Notes: generated from the sequence alone by a model not told the origin. DNA of 64,000 nt from Chrysomallon squamiferum (GCA_012295275.1 CM022679.1:16058001-16122000), one strand, 5' to 3'; counted from the first letter of the stretch, positions 29,601 through 45,578 are shown. Numbers and translations: made by a program.

Positions 29601-32600
29601 TTTCATTTCTTCAAAAAAGCAATAATTTGATATTTCATGCATTCAACTATAGGTACCAGACCAATTATCCGGCGTCATGAAATAAGGAAAGACCAGAAAA
29701 CAGAAGTGTTTTCCTGATGCTATTTTCATAATTTGCACATGTGGGTATTGTCCGCACCAGACCAGTACTACCCTTTCAAGCCACATGGAGTTCATTCACT
29801 TGCCATATTGTTTACGTGTGAAGTCACCACAGTTGTGTATCAAAAATTTTCTTTAAGTTTTTAATTTTAGAATATTTATGCCTAATTATTACGTATTTAG
29901 ATGCCTTGATACCAGAAAACCGGAATGCCTCAGGCCCCAAAGAGTCTGGATAACTGGTCCAGTACCTGTATAAATTTATTGATAACCCCAAGTTTTTCTA
30001 ATGCTAATAGTGATTTTAAATTAAACACAAAATATATGTAATAAAATGAATATCCACTGTGTGTACCTGAACTATTAGGCGTGAAGCCTGGGGTCAGTTT
30101 CAATGAAGCACCAACCTGATGTGAGTACTGACCATGGCCATGGTAAGGGACAGGTAATTCATTTGGACGACCTAGGTGACCAATAAACAACATGCAAATA
30201 AGCACTGACAAGAGAAAAATCACACGAAGTGAATGGATAAAAGGTATAATGCAATTTAAAAACTTGATAAATTCACTGCAATTGGGTTAGGGTTTTTTAA
30301 CAGCAAGATCAATCATTTAAATTAATTCAAAACCATTCTTCAATATTTCAAGTTTAACAAATAACAGTTGTAATTTATATATTATATAACTGCCTGCCAG
30401 TTTTATCCTGTTTAGTCATTTATGTTAAAAAAATATATTTTTTTAATGAATATGTACATTTTGTACACCTTATAATTCATTATGCACAAAATACATCTAT
30501 TTCTACAAAATTATAATTTAATTTTTTTTTTTTTTAAATTTAACATAGAAAGAAACTCAAAAGAGAAATCAGTCTACTCAACCTGTGTAGATTTACAAAA
30601 GGTCACTAACATAATTAAAATTATCTTTGACATACCGTGACTGGTACACAAAACATTATCATTAATCAACAATCCTGACAGTATTACAATGATAAACTTA
30701 AATTATTGGAAATTAACCAAATTACTTCAAATTTAAAAAGATCAGATGTATTTTACAATTATACTGATAAGATATATATAGAAAGAAAAATTTTTCCTCC
30801 TAAATAACAAGGTCAGACAAGCTTTGTATTTAATAGTTATCACTTGTTAGTAATGATATTTTAAAAAAACCAAACCAAAACAAAATTCTTCTTTCCTTTT
30901 TCTTTGATTCCACACAACTGTTCATATGATTTAGAATTTTTTTTTAGTTTAGGAGATATAATTTCTTATATATATATATATATACACACACACAAGTAAA
31001 TTTTAAAATTTAAAACATTATATAATATCAGAAGTTTATAATAATCAACTGCAAAATTTTTTTTTTTTTTTTTTTTTTTTTCTCTATTACATTTTAGGCT
31101 TATTAAAATAATAATATTGCTACTATTACAACCAACTGCAATTAATTTCTCAATTTTAAATTTCTTTCTTTTTTTTTTCTTAAAAAATTACTGATTCAGG
31201 TTTATTAAAATAATAATATTGTTACTTATTGCATTATGACTTATTTTATTAGTAAATTCCAAAGATACCAATAAAAAGAAAAAAATTCATAAACAACCCA
31301 AAATATAAAAGAAATGACACTCACTCGTTCCCTGCACTGGCGGCATCATGTTAGAAGGGGGCATATTTGGTTTGGGTGGACCACTACCTGGGACAGTCTG
31401 ACTAGGTATGGCTTGAGGAGGAGGTGGTGGCGCTGACACATTACTTGGAGGGAAGCCTGCCTTTGGAGGTGGAGGAAAGCTGCCACCCTGTGGAGGTTGA
31501 AAATTTGAACTTTGTGATGGTGATGGACCAGTCATTGTGCCTGCAGGTGGTGGTGGCATTCGTGTCTGCTGAGGCATTCCTCCTGGAGGAGGCATGTTGC
31601 TCTGTGAAGGGCCTGCAGGCATCAACGGCACAGGTGACATTCCAGTCTGTTGTTGTGAAGTAGGAATTTTACTATCCTGAGAATTATCCATCCTTCCAGT
31701 ATTAGGTGCCAACCCACCTTGAGGGGGGTTTTGTTGGTGCATGAACCTGTTCACTGATGTGTTCATCTGATTTTGACTTGCAGGAGCATTCCCATATGAT
31801 GGTGGAAAATTTGAAGGCCCATTCATAACTGAATTAGAAAACTGAGGCACTGGCTGAAACTGTCCTCCAGATGATCCTACAAAGCCAGCTCGGTTTGGAA
31901 TCTGGTTAGCTGAAGTCTGTGGAGATGGTTGATAAGCTGTTGCTTGATTTAGAAAGGGTGGCCTTGTTCCATCAGTAACTGGAGGAACAGAGCCTAGCAA
32001 TGGCGGTCGTTGACCTGGTGAGGAAATGCCATTTGCTGGTGGGGGATGATATTGACCTGGAGGCTGGTTTTTAAATTGTTGTGGCATATTCACTGCCTGC
32101 TGCAGCAGCTGCTGAGGATGCTGTCCAGGAACAGGAGAAGCATCCAAAGGGGATCCATTTGGATGCATATGAGGACTGGGCATTCTCTGAACACCTGCAA
32201 CAATTTAAAACAAAAACAAAATAAATATCCATTGCTCAGCCAATACATTAATTCAAATATCAGTATTAAACATTTACTATGATACTTTATTATTAGCAAA
32301 AAAAATGCTCTCTGAAAACAGTTACAAAATCATTTAGGTTTTATTTTATTATCACAATAGCTTCAGTTCTTTAATATAAAAGATAATTATAATCCATGTT
32401 AAGTACTGATTTCTTCAACAATATGTCTTCTACCAGAATATGACAATTACAAAAAAAAACACATGTTAAAATTCAAACAATGTTTATGTTGCAATAATAA
32501 TAATAAATTAAACGGTTTTGTAAAATAATTTATTTTTAAGGAATATTTGTATCAACATTAGACTGTATAACTTATTAAATATAAATGTGAGACATGAAAA

Positions 32601-32844
32601 ACCACATTACGATACACTGTGCTATATCACACTACAGTGATTAACTGAGTGATTCAGACATTCTGTCAGTGTGACAGTCAATTATTAATGGTTTAATAAA
32701 TCAAACAAATATTATGTACTTTAAATATAAAATAATGAAACAATTGCGATAGGTACCTGACACTACCGGTGTATGAGGGAAATCGCCTTGGCCCTGCTGA
32801 ATTTGGTGTTGCTGGTAATTCTGAGATGAGAGAGGATCGGCCAT
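13657..32844 (-). CDS. SEC24B: Protein transport protein Sec24, SEC24A/B subfamily (COPII cargo adaptor), 1277 aa from 22 core exons
   Basis: Exons (minus) 32844-32757, 32194-31325, 28061-27969, 27483-27368, 27129-26713, 25864-25749, 25430-25328, 20295-20169, 20026-19917, 19441-19375, 19120-18956, 18580-18423, 17920-17819, 17501-17378, 16989-16831, 16507-16334, 16100-15990, 15829-15651, 15260-15123, 14709-14512, 14270-14167, 13771-13657 give a continuous 3834-nt frame. Pro/Gln-rich N-terminus, zinc finger [14 protein letters not shown]...WKCNLC, trunk [19 protein letters not shown], beta-sandwich [13 protein letters not shown]...[13 protein letters not shown]...[10 protein letters not shown]-terminal [14 protein letters not shown] versus B cannot be resolved; probably the pre-duplication A/B orthologue. 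Confidence 0.95.
23228..23419 (-). CDS. Candidate SEC24 alternative exon encoding a 64-aa acidic insert
   Basis: caaatag|AGT...GAG|gttttc, 192 nt, phase 0/0, inside the phase-0 intron 20296-25327. The open frame begins exactly at the acceptor (in-frame TAG). 24 of 64 residues are D/E. Splice sites are weak. Confidence 0.6.
29650..29968. mobile_element. Non-autonomous DNA transposon (MITE), Tc1/mariner-pogo type
   Basis: Imperfect terminal inverted repeats TAGGTACCAGACCAATTATCCGG and CTGGATAACTGGTCCAGTACCTG (18/23 complementary), flanked by TA at 29648-29649 and 29969-29970. 319 bp, no coding capacity. Confidence 0.7.
30067..30171 (-). CDS. Candidate SEC24 exon (35 aa) in the N-terminal low-complexity region
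   Basis: cacctag|GT...TCA G|gtacac, 105 nt, phase 1/1 matching the phase-1 intron. GC-richer island encoding (S)[34 protein letters not shown](D). Confidence 0.65.
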
Positions 32845-33029
32845 TTCGAGTCAGATGTTCTGTTAATCGGCTGCTAGGGCTCACAAATGATCACAGCCTA
32901 CAGAGTGTTCTAACTAACGAGCTGAATAATAAGTCGACTTCAAATAAATCACAAAAATGTAAAACGGAATATCCCCTAGATAAATATTACAGCATTATAT
33001 TCATTTAAATTACTACAACATTTCCATAA

Positions 33030-33090
33030 GATATCTTGCCATTTTCCGGAAGTTGTTTCCGTTTTTAAACATGCGCAGTATAAACATACG
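33030..33090. promoter_or_regulatory. Housekeeping-type promoter motifs upstream of SEC24 (divergent from DCTN5)
   Basis: YY1-like GCCATTTT (33038-33045), ETS-type CCGGAAGT (33046-33053) and NRF1-like CATGCGCA (33070-33077), clustered about 200 bp upstream of the SEC24 ATG. Confidence 0.5.
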
Positions 33091-33943
33091 TGGCAAATTT
33101 CAAGGGAGATAATGTTTAAAAACATTTATTTTCTTTCTTTCTTTCTATTTTTATTTTATTTTTATTTTTTTATTTTTATTTTTTATTTTTTTTTTTTTTA
33201 TTTTTTTTTTTTTTTTAAATACGAATTTTGAAATGACGCGTTTGTTTACAGTTTGTTAGTATATCTCTGCAGCTTGATTTCGGCATACAAATAATAAATA
33301 TAGAATTTATGGGGCTATGTTTCTTTTTATATTATATTATTTTAATAACGATCCTCCTATGAACATATAAATTAAAATGATTATGCTGTGTATTCTTAAT
33401 TAAATTAATTATGCTCTGCATTCTTAATGTCATAGTACGATGTGTACTTATTTAGCCTGGATTATTGATCTTCATATTCGCAAATGGAAAACAGCAAACT
33501 TAATACTGTATAATTTTGTAGTTAGTCATGAATAGCTGAAATTTATGCCGTTAATATATCTGGATTTTATTTCATGCTATATTAGCCAGTCATGCCAGTA
33601 AGTCCAATATGTTGTTGAATATCAGTAATCTTGAAAAACAAACATATTACTAACAGTAGGTACTCAAAAGTGATTTTCATTTTGGAAAATACAAGCTTGA
33701 CTCCCAACTATAAGCGTAGATCTTTTTTATCCTGATTTTAGTGATAAAAAATTCAAAGTTGTCAGTCAAATAGTTTCAAAGGTATGAGCTTTCTAATATT
33801 TAATTTTTTGGTGGCGTTTGCGCCAAAAAATTATTAAGTCGTGCTTTCAGTATAAAGGAGGAAATTAAAAAAATTGTTACATATGGCTGACAGTGACTGA
33901 CGGATTCTAGATATTATTTGTAGAGTGGAATTGCAATATAATA

Positions 33944-37079
<3,136 letters not shown>

Positions 37080-39142
37080 ATATTATTATGCAAGTGATGG
37101 GTCATACTTATTTATTAGAGCTTTTAGTATAAGACTTTCAAGAATCTGACATTTGTTGAGTAACAACATCCATGACAGGAATAACATATAACTAGTCAAA
37201 AAAAGTTATTTATTCCAAGCGTTTCATTGAAATGTTTTGACTAGTTTGGATAACCAGTAATGGGGAAAAAAATAGTAAAACTGATTCATAAACTATCATT
37301 GTGCTTGGAATAGAATTGCTGCATAGCATTTATTTTTATCCTTTTGTCACTTGTTCTATTACTGATGACAACTTCATAATTTTCTAAGACCAGATATAAT
37401 CAATCAGCAGAATCTCCAGCATTTGGAATGAAGTTTCAGAAAACGGGGATCTTCTATAATGTTCACTGCACAAATTGTTAAATTATATTTCTCAGGCCCC
37501 TGTGTAAAATATACACATAAATAATAAACCCTTCATCCAGAAACAAGGCATATGTCATTCTTTCACACTGAAGAAAATGAATTTGATGCTACCAAAAAGT
37601 TGACTAAATTAAGCCATCTGTAAAACTAAACATCTGATTTGCATTTAAAATCCTACTAGAACTGGAACTAGTTCTCTGGTCCTACACATCAGAACTTAAT
37701 TTTGAAGAATTGTCAATATGTACATTTTGAGTTACATTATTACAAAAGTCACTGATAAAATTGGGTACACTTTCGAGTTATTGTTTGTCAGTGTTACAAA
37801 TTATTGCTCAAGTGTAACAGCAAAATAATATTACTGCTTGAATGTATTAAATGCTTTCATTTTCCTCATTAATTGTTGTCATGATTATCCAAATTTTCAT
37901 TTAGAACAACAGTTATTCATGAAATTAAGAAAAATGCACAAACACGTTTACAAATGCAACCGTGAAAGAAAGTGAATGTATTATTACCTGTATAACAGTT
38001 ATTCATAAGAAAGCATTATACTATTGTGAATGGTTTTTTCATAAGTAGTAATATTATTATTTTCGTTTATTTTTATTTTTATTTTTTATTATTTTTTTTT
38101 AATCTAGTGAAGTCTTGATAAATATTAATATACAGACATTTCAGTTCAAAACTGATTACAGTCTAAAAATATTTTTATTTTTTTATAAATGTGCAATAAT
38201 TTAAAGGTGTTTATGGTACTGATTTATTTCAGATTTAGCTTTCGTACATTTGTTTTCTGCAGAAAAATGTGTTACATTTTTAACATAATAACTGTTTCTC
38301 GTTTATGTTAATAAAATTTAATTATAAATGCTAATTTGTTGTTTTTCGTTATTGCCGTGATCAATCTATAGAATGTTTATCTCTCACATATTAAACCCCA
38401 AAAAAGAAAAAGAAAAACTCACCTGTATCTGATAATAGTTAATGAAGTGGGAAGTTTTCTTTTGAAGTCTGTTCACTCATTGATTTTTTATTCTGCATGT
38501 AACAGCTGTTTTGTTGCATCATAAAATATAGTTTTTGTTTCCCAAAATATTCATTTAATTATCACAGGAAAAATTTCGTATCATTCATGCGTAATACAGA
38601 TTAATTACATCCATCTAATTTATTTCAAATAAATATAGAAAATAAATTAATAATAAATGAGATGTATTTCACGAAACAATGAATTCCTATTTTATTTTAT
38701 TTTAGTTTTTATTTTATTTTTTAAATTTATTTATTTATTTATTTTGCTGAATAAATATATTTCTGCTCAGTTTCTAGTATTGACAGAAGTAATAGAGCTG
38801 TTACACAGTCTGGTATGTACGCGATGACGTCATGAATTCAGGGTTGAAATGGCGGCATTCGTACGCTTTATTACAGTAATATTTTGAAACTACTTTTGTA
38901 GCATTTTGCATTTATTTAATATTTTATTTAATTTATTTTTTATTTTTTTTTTTTTTTTTTTTTTTAAGACATTTTATACAGTGTTAAACAAAGTCCTTTA
39001 TCCCAAATTAAATTACAAAGTGTATGTGTATGTGTTTGTTGTTATTTTGTTGTTGTTTTGAGGGAAGACCTTTATACAGAATTTAATTAAAAAGTACCTG
39101 AATACTTGAATAACGTTTTGGACTCCCCTGCACATAAAATAA

Positions 39143-39184
<42 letters not shown>

Positions 39185-39502
39185 TAATAATAACAACAAC
39201 AACAACAATAACAACAACAACAACAAAGAGAAACAGTATTAAAAGCTTGCACGAACTTTATTTTTACTTCTTGGAAGAAATAATTATATTTGTAGATAAA
39301 ATTATTCATAAATTAAATAAAAGACAGAAGCATTGATTAGAGTTATTTCAAAATAAAATAATGTGTCAATAACTGTAACATTATCTTTTTGAATTTTTTT
39401 TTTTTTTTTTTAATCCTTTTCATAATCACACATTTATTTATTTATTTATTTAAATTGCGTGCTATTAATTTTAAAAGAATTTCCATCATCGTCTTCAGTC
39501 CT

Positions 39503-40507
39503 TCAAAGTGAACACGCACGTCTTTCTCTCGGGTACACACATTTCTTAGTGCACGGGTTGTACTCGTATCCACTGTAGCAGCTGCACAACAAACAGAAGG
39601 GTAGTCCAGGAATCTGCATCAGAGCAAATTTGCGAGGATGTCGTCTGAATGCGCGAGCTGGGTTGCACCATCGCTTTGCTGAAAGTTTAGTAAGTTAGAA
39701 CGAATGTATGGTTTAGTTTAACATCTCTTAAGATACTATTTTTTAATTATTATTTTTTTTTTTTTTTTTTTTTTATTATTATTATTTTTTTTTTTTTTTT
39801 TTTTTGTGGGTGGGAGGGGTGTGAAGTTTTAACAGTAATGACATGATTTTAAAAAAATAATAATAAATGCCAAAACAATCACAGTCGCCTCCTCCGAAAT
39901 CGCTCTTTAGTACTCTGGCGTAGTTCACATAGTGATTTACACCCGGGCATCTTCACACAGACAGGGAGACACACACTTTCAGACTGCTAGTTAAAAATGG
40001 ATGCAGTAAGAACTGATAGTGAAACCCACCATGCTATAGTGAAGTCAAATATTACACTGGTGTTACCTACTATTTGAATTAGTTTTATTCAAGGTTGCTA
40101 TATAAGTAGTAATATCAGTGGTGGTACTTACTGCTGGAAGGATAAACACCAAAAGTACATTAACTATAAATTATTAATTATGTTTCGTTTTTCCTGTATA
40201 AGAAGAGTATGCAGCTAGCGTTATTTCTACAGAAAATTGTAAACCAGCAAACAGATTTCAAGACGGGTTAATACAAATGTGCATGGGACAAAAACTGCTG
40301 TAATAACTAAATATATTAAATGTAACTTCCCAAAACGACGAAGAAGCAAGTTCGGTATAAAATAAATAAAGTTTAAAAAGCTATGAGACTGACGGTTAAA
40401 TCAAAATAGATTATACAAAAATACATTTTTATTAAAGAAAATAAACATTTTTACTGACTGGGTACTTACTATATAAACATTAATACATACATACATACAT
40501 ACATACA

Positions 40508-40540
<33 letters not shown>

Positions 40541-41962
40541 TTAATCTGTTCATTTTAGTTTTTCAAATGATTCCTGAGCGTGTCTCAGTAATTTTAAAAA
40601 TAAAAGTCTTACGCATGTACTGGATTTTACATCCAGCCCAGTTACGTTCTGATCGTCTTAGAGTTACTGTTGTTGTCCGAGTAGTCGGGTTACTTGTTGT
40701 TGATGCTGTTGTTGGTTTTGCTGTTGTTGTTGTTGTTGTTGTTGTTGAATCTGTTGCAGATTTTCTAGTCGTGAAATTTATCGTCGTTGCCGAAGTTGAA
40801 GTTGTCACTGGTGTTGTTACGGTACTGAAAAAAGAACACAAAAAAATGAGCTGGTGTTAGCTAATTTATTATATCTGCAAAATGATTTTAGTGTTTCTGA
40901 CGATTTTTCCCTCTCCACAAGAAAAATTAAATTATTTAATGAGTTAGTGATTGTAATTTACTATATTTGTATTTACTGTGGTAAATTTGTTTTCACAGTA
41001 TTACGTCACTTGTAATAATATTTAAACTTTTACCCATCAAATTCATTAGGCAGCGTTTCTTTAAGAGCGTTTGCAATAGGGTATTTTCCTTTGCCGCAGA
41101 CGTTGTCGTAGTCCTCGAAATCAAGACTCCAAAGCATCGAACCCGCCAGACCCTTTTCTTTGATGTAAGAGGCCTTGGGTGATATAAATAAATAACAACA
41201 GTAATAATAACACTAATAAACAATAATTAAACAGCTATAATAAAGAATAAAACATTTTACTTTTTTTTTTCTTTTTTTTTTTTTTTCCCTAATATTAAAC
41301 ATTTTGTTGTTCAGCACTTTAAATATTTAGAAAAATAATCCAGCAGCCATTGCTCCAAGGTAAAATAATCCATTACCTACAAGTGTTATTTTATTAGTAT
41401 TTTCTCACAGGGCATAAAATTATGAGTGCCTTTTTACGTTTAAATCGTCGAACACTGGAATCTGCAATTTTCTGGCGGACATTTCGAAGAAGATTAAATT
41501 GCGATACATCTCATTTAACAATCATCTACAACTATTTACAATAATCAATAGAACTAACTTACTAACGTGAACATATTTCTCCTTATTTTAATTTATACAT
41601 ACATAGATACACATTTATAATAACGAACTACACACAAGAGGAGATCTGAAAATAAATAAGAGATGAAATGAGGCTGTATGTGTGACACAGTTAAAGGTAA
41701 TGTATAATATAGTTTAAGATTTACTTTTCTTTTGACGCTGTCCACGTCGTCGTAGCCAACCCATTCCAAACCGCTGTCTGAAGGACCCCAGGCTGCCGTG
41801 GTCACTGACGTCTGCAGGTAGTGAGATTTCCAGCCTTTGTTCTTAATGTTCTCACATATCTGAAATGTTGACACAAATTTATGGTAATTCAGATAATAAT
41901 ATATAAAAGTATTGCACTCCTTTTCTTTCCCCCTTTACCTCGTTTTTATTTTTATTTTTTTC

Positions 41963-42011
<49 letters not shown>

Positions 42012-43481
42012 ATCTACTATTTGTTGTTATTTTATTAAATCTTTTATTACCCTTTGCATAGTTTATTTTGAATGTTTTTTTGTTGTTGTTATAAAAATTG
42101 TTGTTGTTGTTGTGCTGCTGCTGATGTTGTTATCCTTTTATTCATTTTTAAAAACATGCCCACTCGAAGACATGACAAACGTATGCGTGCATGTAACTTG
42201 TAAAAATGTAATGTTGACCTCTAAGATGAATTATTACCTCCAGATAGCTCAAAGTTCCACTCTGTAACAAGTAGGGACCTTTGCTCCCTGGTCCAATGGT
42301 TGGTTCTCCATCGCCGTAGTTCTTGGGTGGATTTGTATCCGATTTCAGTTTCTGCGTGTAGCCATAGGCGGGGATTCCCAGTGCAAGCTTTGACGGGAGA
42401 CCAGATTCTCTGATCCACCCGGTTACTGCGCGATCCTTAAAAAATTAAAAATAAAAATAAAAAAAAAAAAAAATAAATAAATAAATAAATAAATAAATAT
42501 TATTATTATTAATAAATGAAGAAGAAGAAGAAGAAAACTGAGCTGTTTAATTACAACAGGTACGTTTTAAAATCCAAAACCATACTACAGCGCAAAGGGA
42601 TAATACCAAAGCGTGTCTCAAAAATCAAATTTTTTCTATAATCTGGTCACTAGTGTTGATCTGTATTTTTCAAATGTTGTTGTTATTGTTGTTGTTAATG
42701 TTCAAGTTGAAAATAAATAAATAAATAAATAAAAAATTTGGCTTTACTTACTGTGTCTGGAAAAAGCTTTGAATGAGAATGAGCCCCAGAAGCAGCATCC
42801 CAGTTACCATGGTAGTCATACGTCATCAGATTGATGAAGTCTACAGTTCTTAAACGATAAATAAACAAATAAATAAATAAATAAATAAATATGTAACTTT
42901 CTCGAAAACGAAATCTAAACAGAAATAAAATCGCAAAACAACGCGCAAAATATCAGTATCGTTATCCTATTTCAAATCGAATATGTTTTCAGTATGGTAA
43001 CTTCGATCCCAGTTTATGATTTTCAAGTACATTTATTAAAGTTGCATATGTATTCTCCGAAAATTTAACATATATAGTTCCTAGGTAAAACTTACTTTGC
43101 TATCTCTGCAATTTCGTACATATTTTTGGCCCGTGATATCGAAGCCACTACAGCCAAAGTAATCAACAGTCGTGGTTGTTTTGTTTCTGCAGCTTCATTG
43201 TCAAACAGTTGTCGCAAACTCTGTAAAATAAGAGTACGTTGCTTTCAGCATCTGCATCTTCATAGATCGTGAATTACGTTATGAATTGGTTAAAGGCGAA
43301 ATAAGCTTTATTTTAACTAATTTAGGGCAAAATCCTTGTATTAAATTTTCTTAACAGATATATTTCAAATTACGAAATCGTACGTTTTACACGTTTTAAA
43401 AAGTGTATTTGTAACTATTTATTATTACCATTATTCTAATCATCATCATTATCCTCATAATCATCATCATTATCATCATAA

Positions 43482-43515
<34 letters not shown>

Positions 43516-44089
43516 ATCGAAACTTTAAAAATGGTAGGAATTATTTTTAATAAAGGTCCATCTTTTCAAAATTTATGGAACTTTCGAGTTTCAGCCTTAC
43601 AAAAGAACAAAATAAAGAGACCTGAGAAACGAAAGGAAAAACAAAACAAAACAAAAAGACACGAACAAACTAATTAAATAACAAAAAGATGTAGAAACCT
43701 TCAACCAAACAGTAAATCCTCTTCGGTCTTCTGGGTGACCGTCCCGTTCTGTGGGGTACTCCCAGTCAAAATCCAACCCATCGAAGTTGTACTTCCTGAG
43801 AAACGCCAAGGCGTTAGTATTAAACCTCTTCATTTTGTCACCACTGCTAGCAATCTTAGTGAAATGCGTGGACTTTGCATTCCAGCCACCCAAAGCTAGA
43901 ATAACTTTCAAATTAGGATTCACCTTTTTCAGAGACATGGTTCGGTTGTATCTGAAATAAATATATAAATGGCAGATGCTATGAAATAGTATGAAATGTT
44001 GTAATTTTATAAAGAACAGACTTTGGTTTTCAACGCAGAATATTATTGGACAGATCTAGGCTATATATTGTTCTGATGTACTTCATCTT

Positions 44090-44178
<89 letters not shown>

Positions 44179-44593
44179 CTCTCGTTCAACTATTAACATT
44201 TATAAAATTTATACACATAATTATATACAAGCAATATCTGCAATTATTAAAATAAAACTTATAACTAACTGACTTACAGATCTAAATCGTTCGCTTGAAC
44301 AGTTGATATACTGTCAGTGGTGGCGTTAGCGGCTCCAAATGCATAAAGAATGTGGGTGCATACGAAAGGATCAATTTTTTCAGGGAGGAACTTTCCCCTG
44401 CCAGGGCGGTACTGGGACCAATTAGTGTAGTAGCACATTCGTACGAAGCCTTCGCTAGCTGAAATACATTAACATAGGCATATATATATATATATACAGA
44501 CACGTATATTCTCCGAAAATTTAACATATATAGTTCCTAGGTAAAACTTACTTTGCTATCTCTGCAATTTCGTACATATTTTTGCCTATGTTA

Positions 44594-44646
<53 letters not shown>

Positions 44647-44774
44647 TGTTTGTGTTTATATGTACATAGTAAAACGATGATACTAGATTGTTAGTAGTAG
44701 TAGTAGTAGTGGTGGCAGTAGTAGTAGTAGTAGTGGTGGTAGCAGTAGTAGTAGTAGTAGTAGTAGTAGTATAG

Positions 44775-44822
<48 letters not shown>

Positions 44823-45578
44823 ACAGAAAGGAAGATAATCTTACTTACATAGATATACATAGGTATGATAACAGTAATTAGGAGTACTAGTAATAATAGT
44901 AGTAACAGAGTAATAGTACTAGTATTATTAATTGTAATAATAGTAACAGAAGTATTAATAATAATAGAAGACGTTGTGGTAGTAGTAGTAACTGTGATGG
45001 AGTAATAACAGTGGTAGTGGTACAGGTAGCAGCAATAGTTGTACGATATTTAACTGATACTTACTTGACAATACTGCCGCCAGTGCAACCAGGACAAACA
45101 AAAACTGGGCAGGGCTACTCCACTCAGTTTTCCTTTTTTCCTAAAATTAAATAATTCAGTACGGATTAAACAACATTAAAATAAACACAATTTAATTATT
45201 TTGTTTATTTATTTTATTTTATTTTTTATTTTCTATTTTTTATTTTTATTATTATTATTTTTTTTTTTTTTAATGTAGAAAGAAGAATAAAATTTAAAAA
45301 AGATGAAATTATCGTGATGAAAACGAATTAAAAGCAGTTTTATCGACAACCTCCCGTAGATTATGAAATTCATACCACGGTCTTCAGTAGTCCAGACCTG
45401 GGACATTGTTTAGATCGTAAAATAAGACAAAATTTAGATCCAAGAAAACTGATGCAGCGATACACCGCGATTTCATTCGTACAACCGACACAGGCCTACA
45501 ACCTGCTTGAACAAAGTTAACAATTCTACATCATATACATTTTTAAAAAGATATAATTAAAACTAAAATACATACCAT
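39503..45578 (-). CDS. Secreted GH18 chitinase (CHIT1/AMCase-like), paralogue 1, 531 aa, 11 coding exons
   Basis: Exons (minus) 45578-45576 (ATG), 45140-45065, 44458-44278, 43951-43699, 43220-43096, 42848-42752, 42435-42238, 41859-41725, 41173-41034, 40824-40613, 39678-39503 (1596 nt). Signal-peptide-like FLFVLVALAAVLS, then CYYTNWSQYR, LGGW, intact catalytic FDGLDFDWEYP, MTYDYHG, WVGYDD, MLWSLD, a Thr-rich linker and a Cys-rich C-terminus. Confidence 0.93.
44092..44170. repeat. (CT)n microsatellite
   Basis: Direct reading. Confidence 0.95.
44507..44584. repeat. 78-bp exact copy of 43051-43128 (3' end of chitinase 1 exon 5 with its donor) inserted in intron 2
   Basis: TATTCTCCGAAAATTTAACATATATAGTTCCTAGGTAAAACTTACTTTGCTATCTCTGCAATTTCGTACATATTTTTG is identical at both positions. 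Confidence 0.9.
44600..44822. repeat. (TG)n and (TAG)n microsatellites
   Basis: Direct reading. Confidence 0.9.

Noticed and set aside
31424-33008. Plus-strand and off-frame ORFs overlapping SEC24 exons 1-2
   Set aside because: Shadow frames of GC-richer coding exons; the true frame starts [12 protein letters not shown] at 32844.
45330-45500. Faint SINE-like remnants (also about 39880-40020 and 59600-59750)
   Set aside because: The resemblance rests on recollection of short degenerate motifs; no A/B boxes, tail or target-site duplication could be defined.
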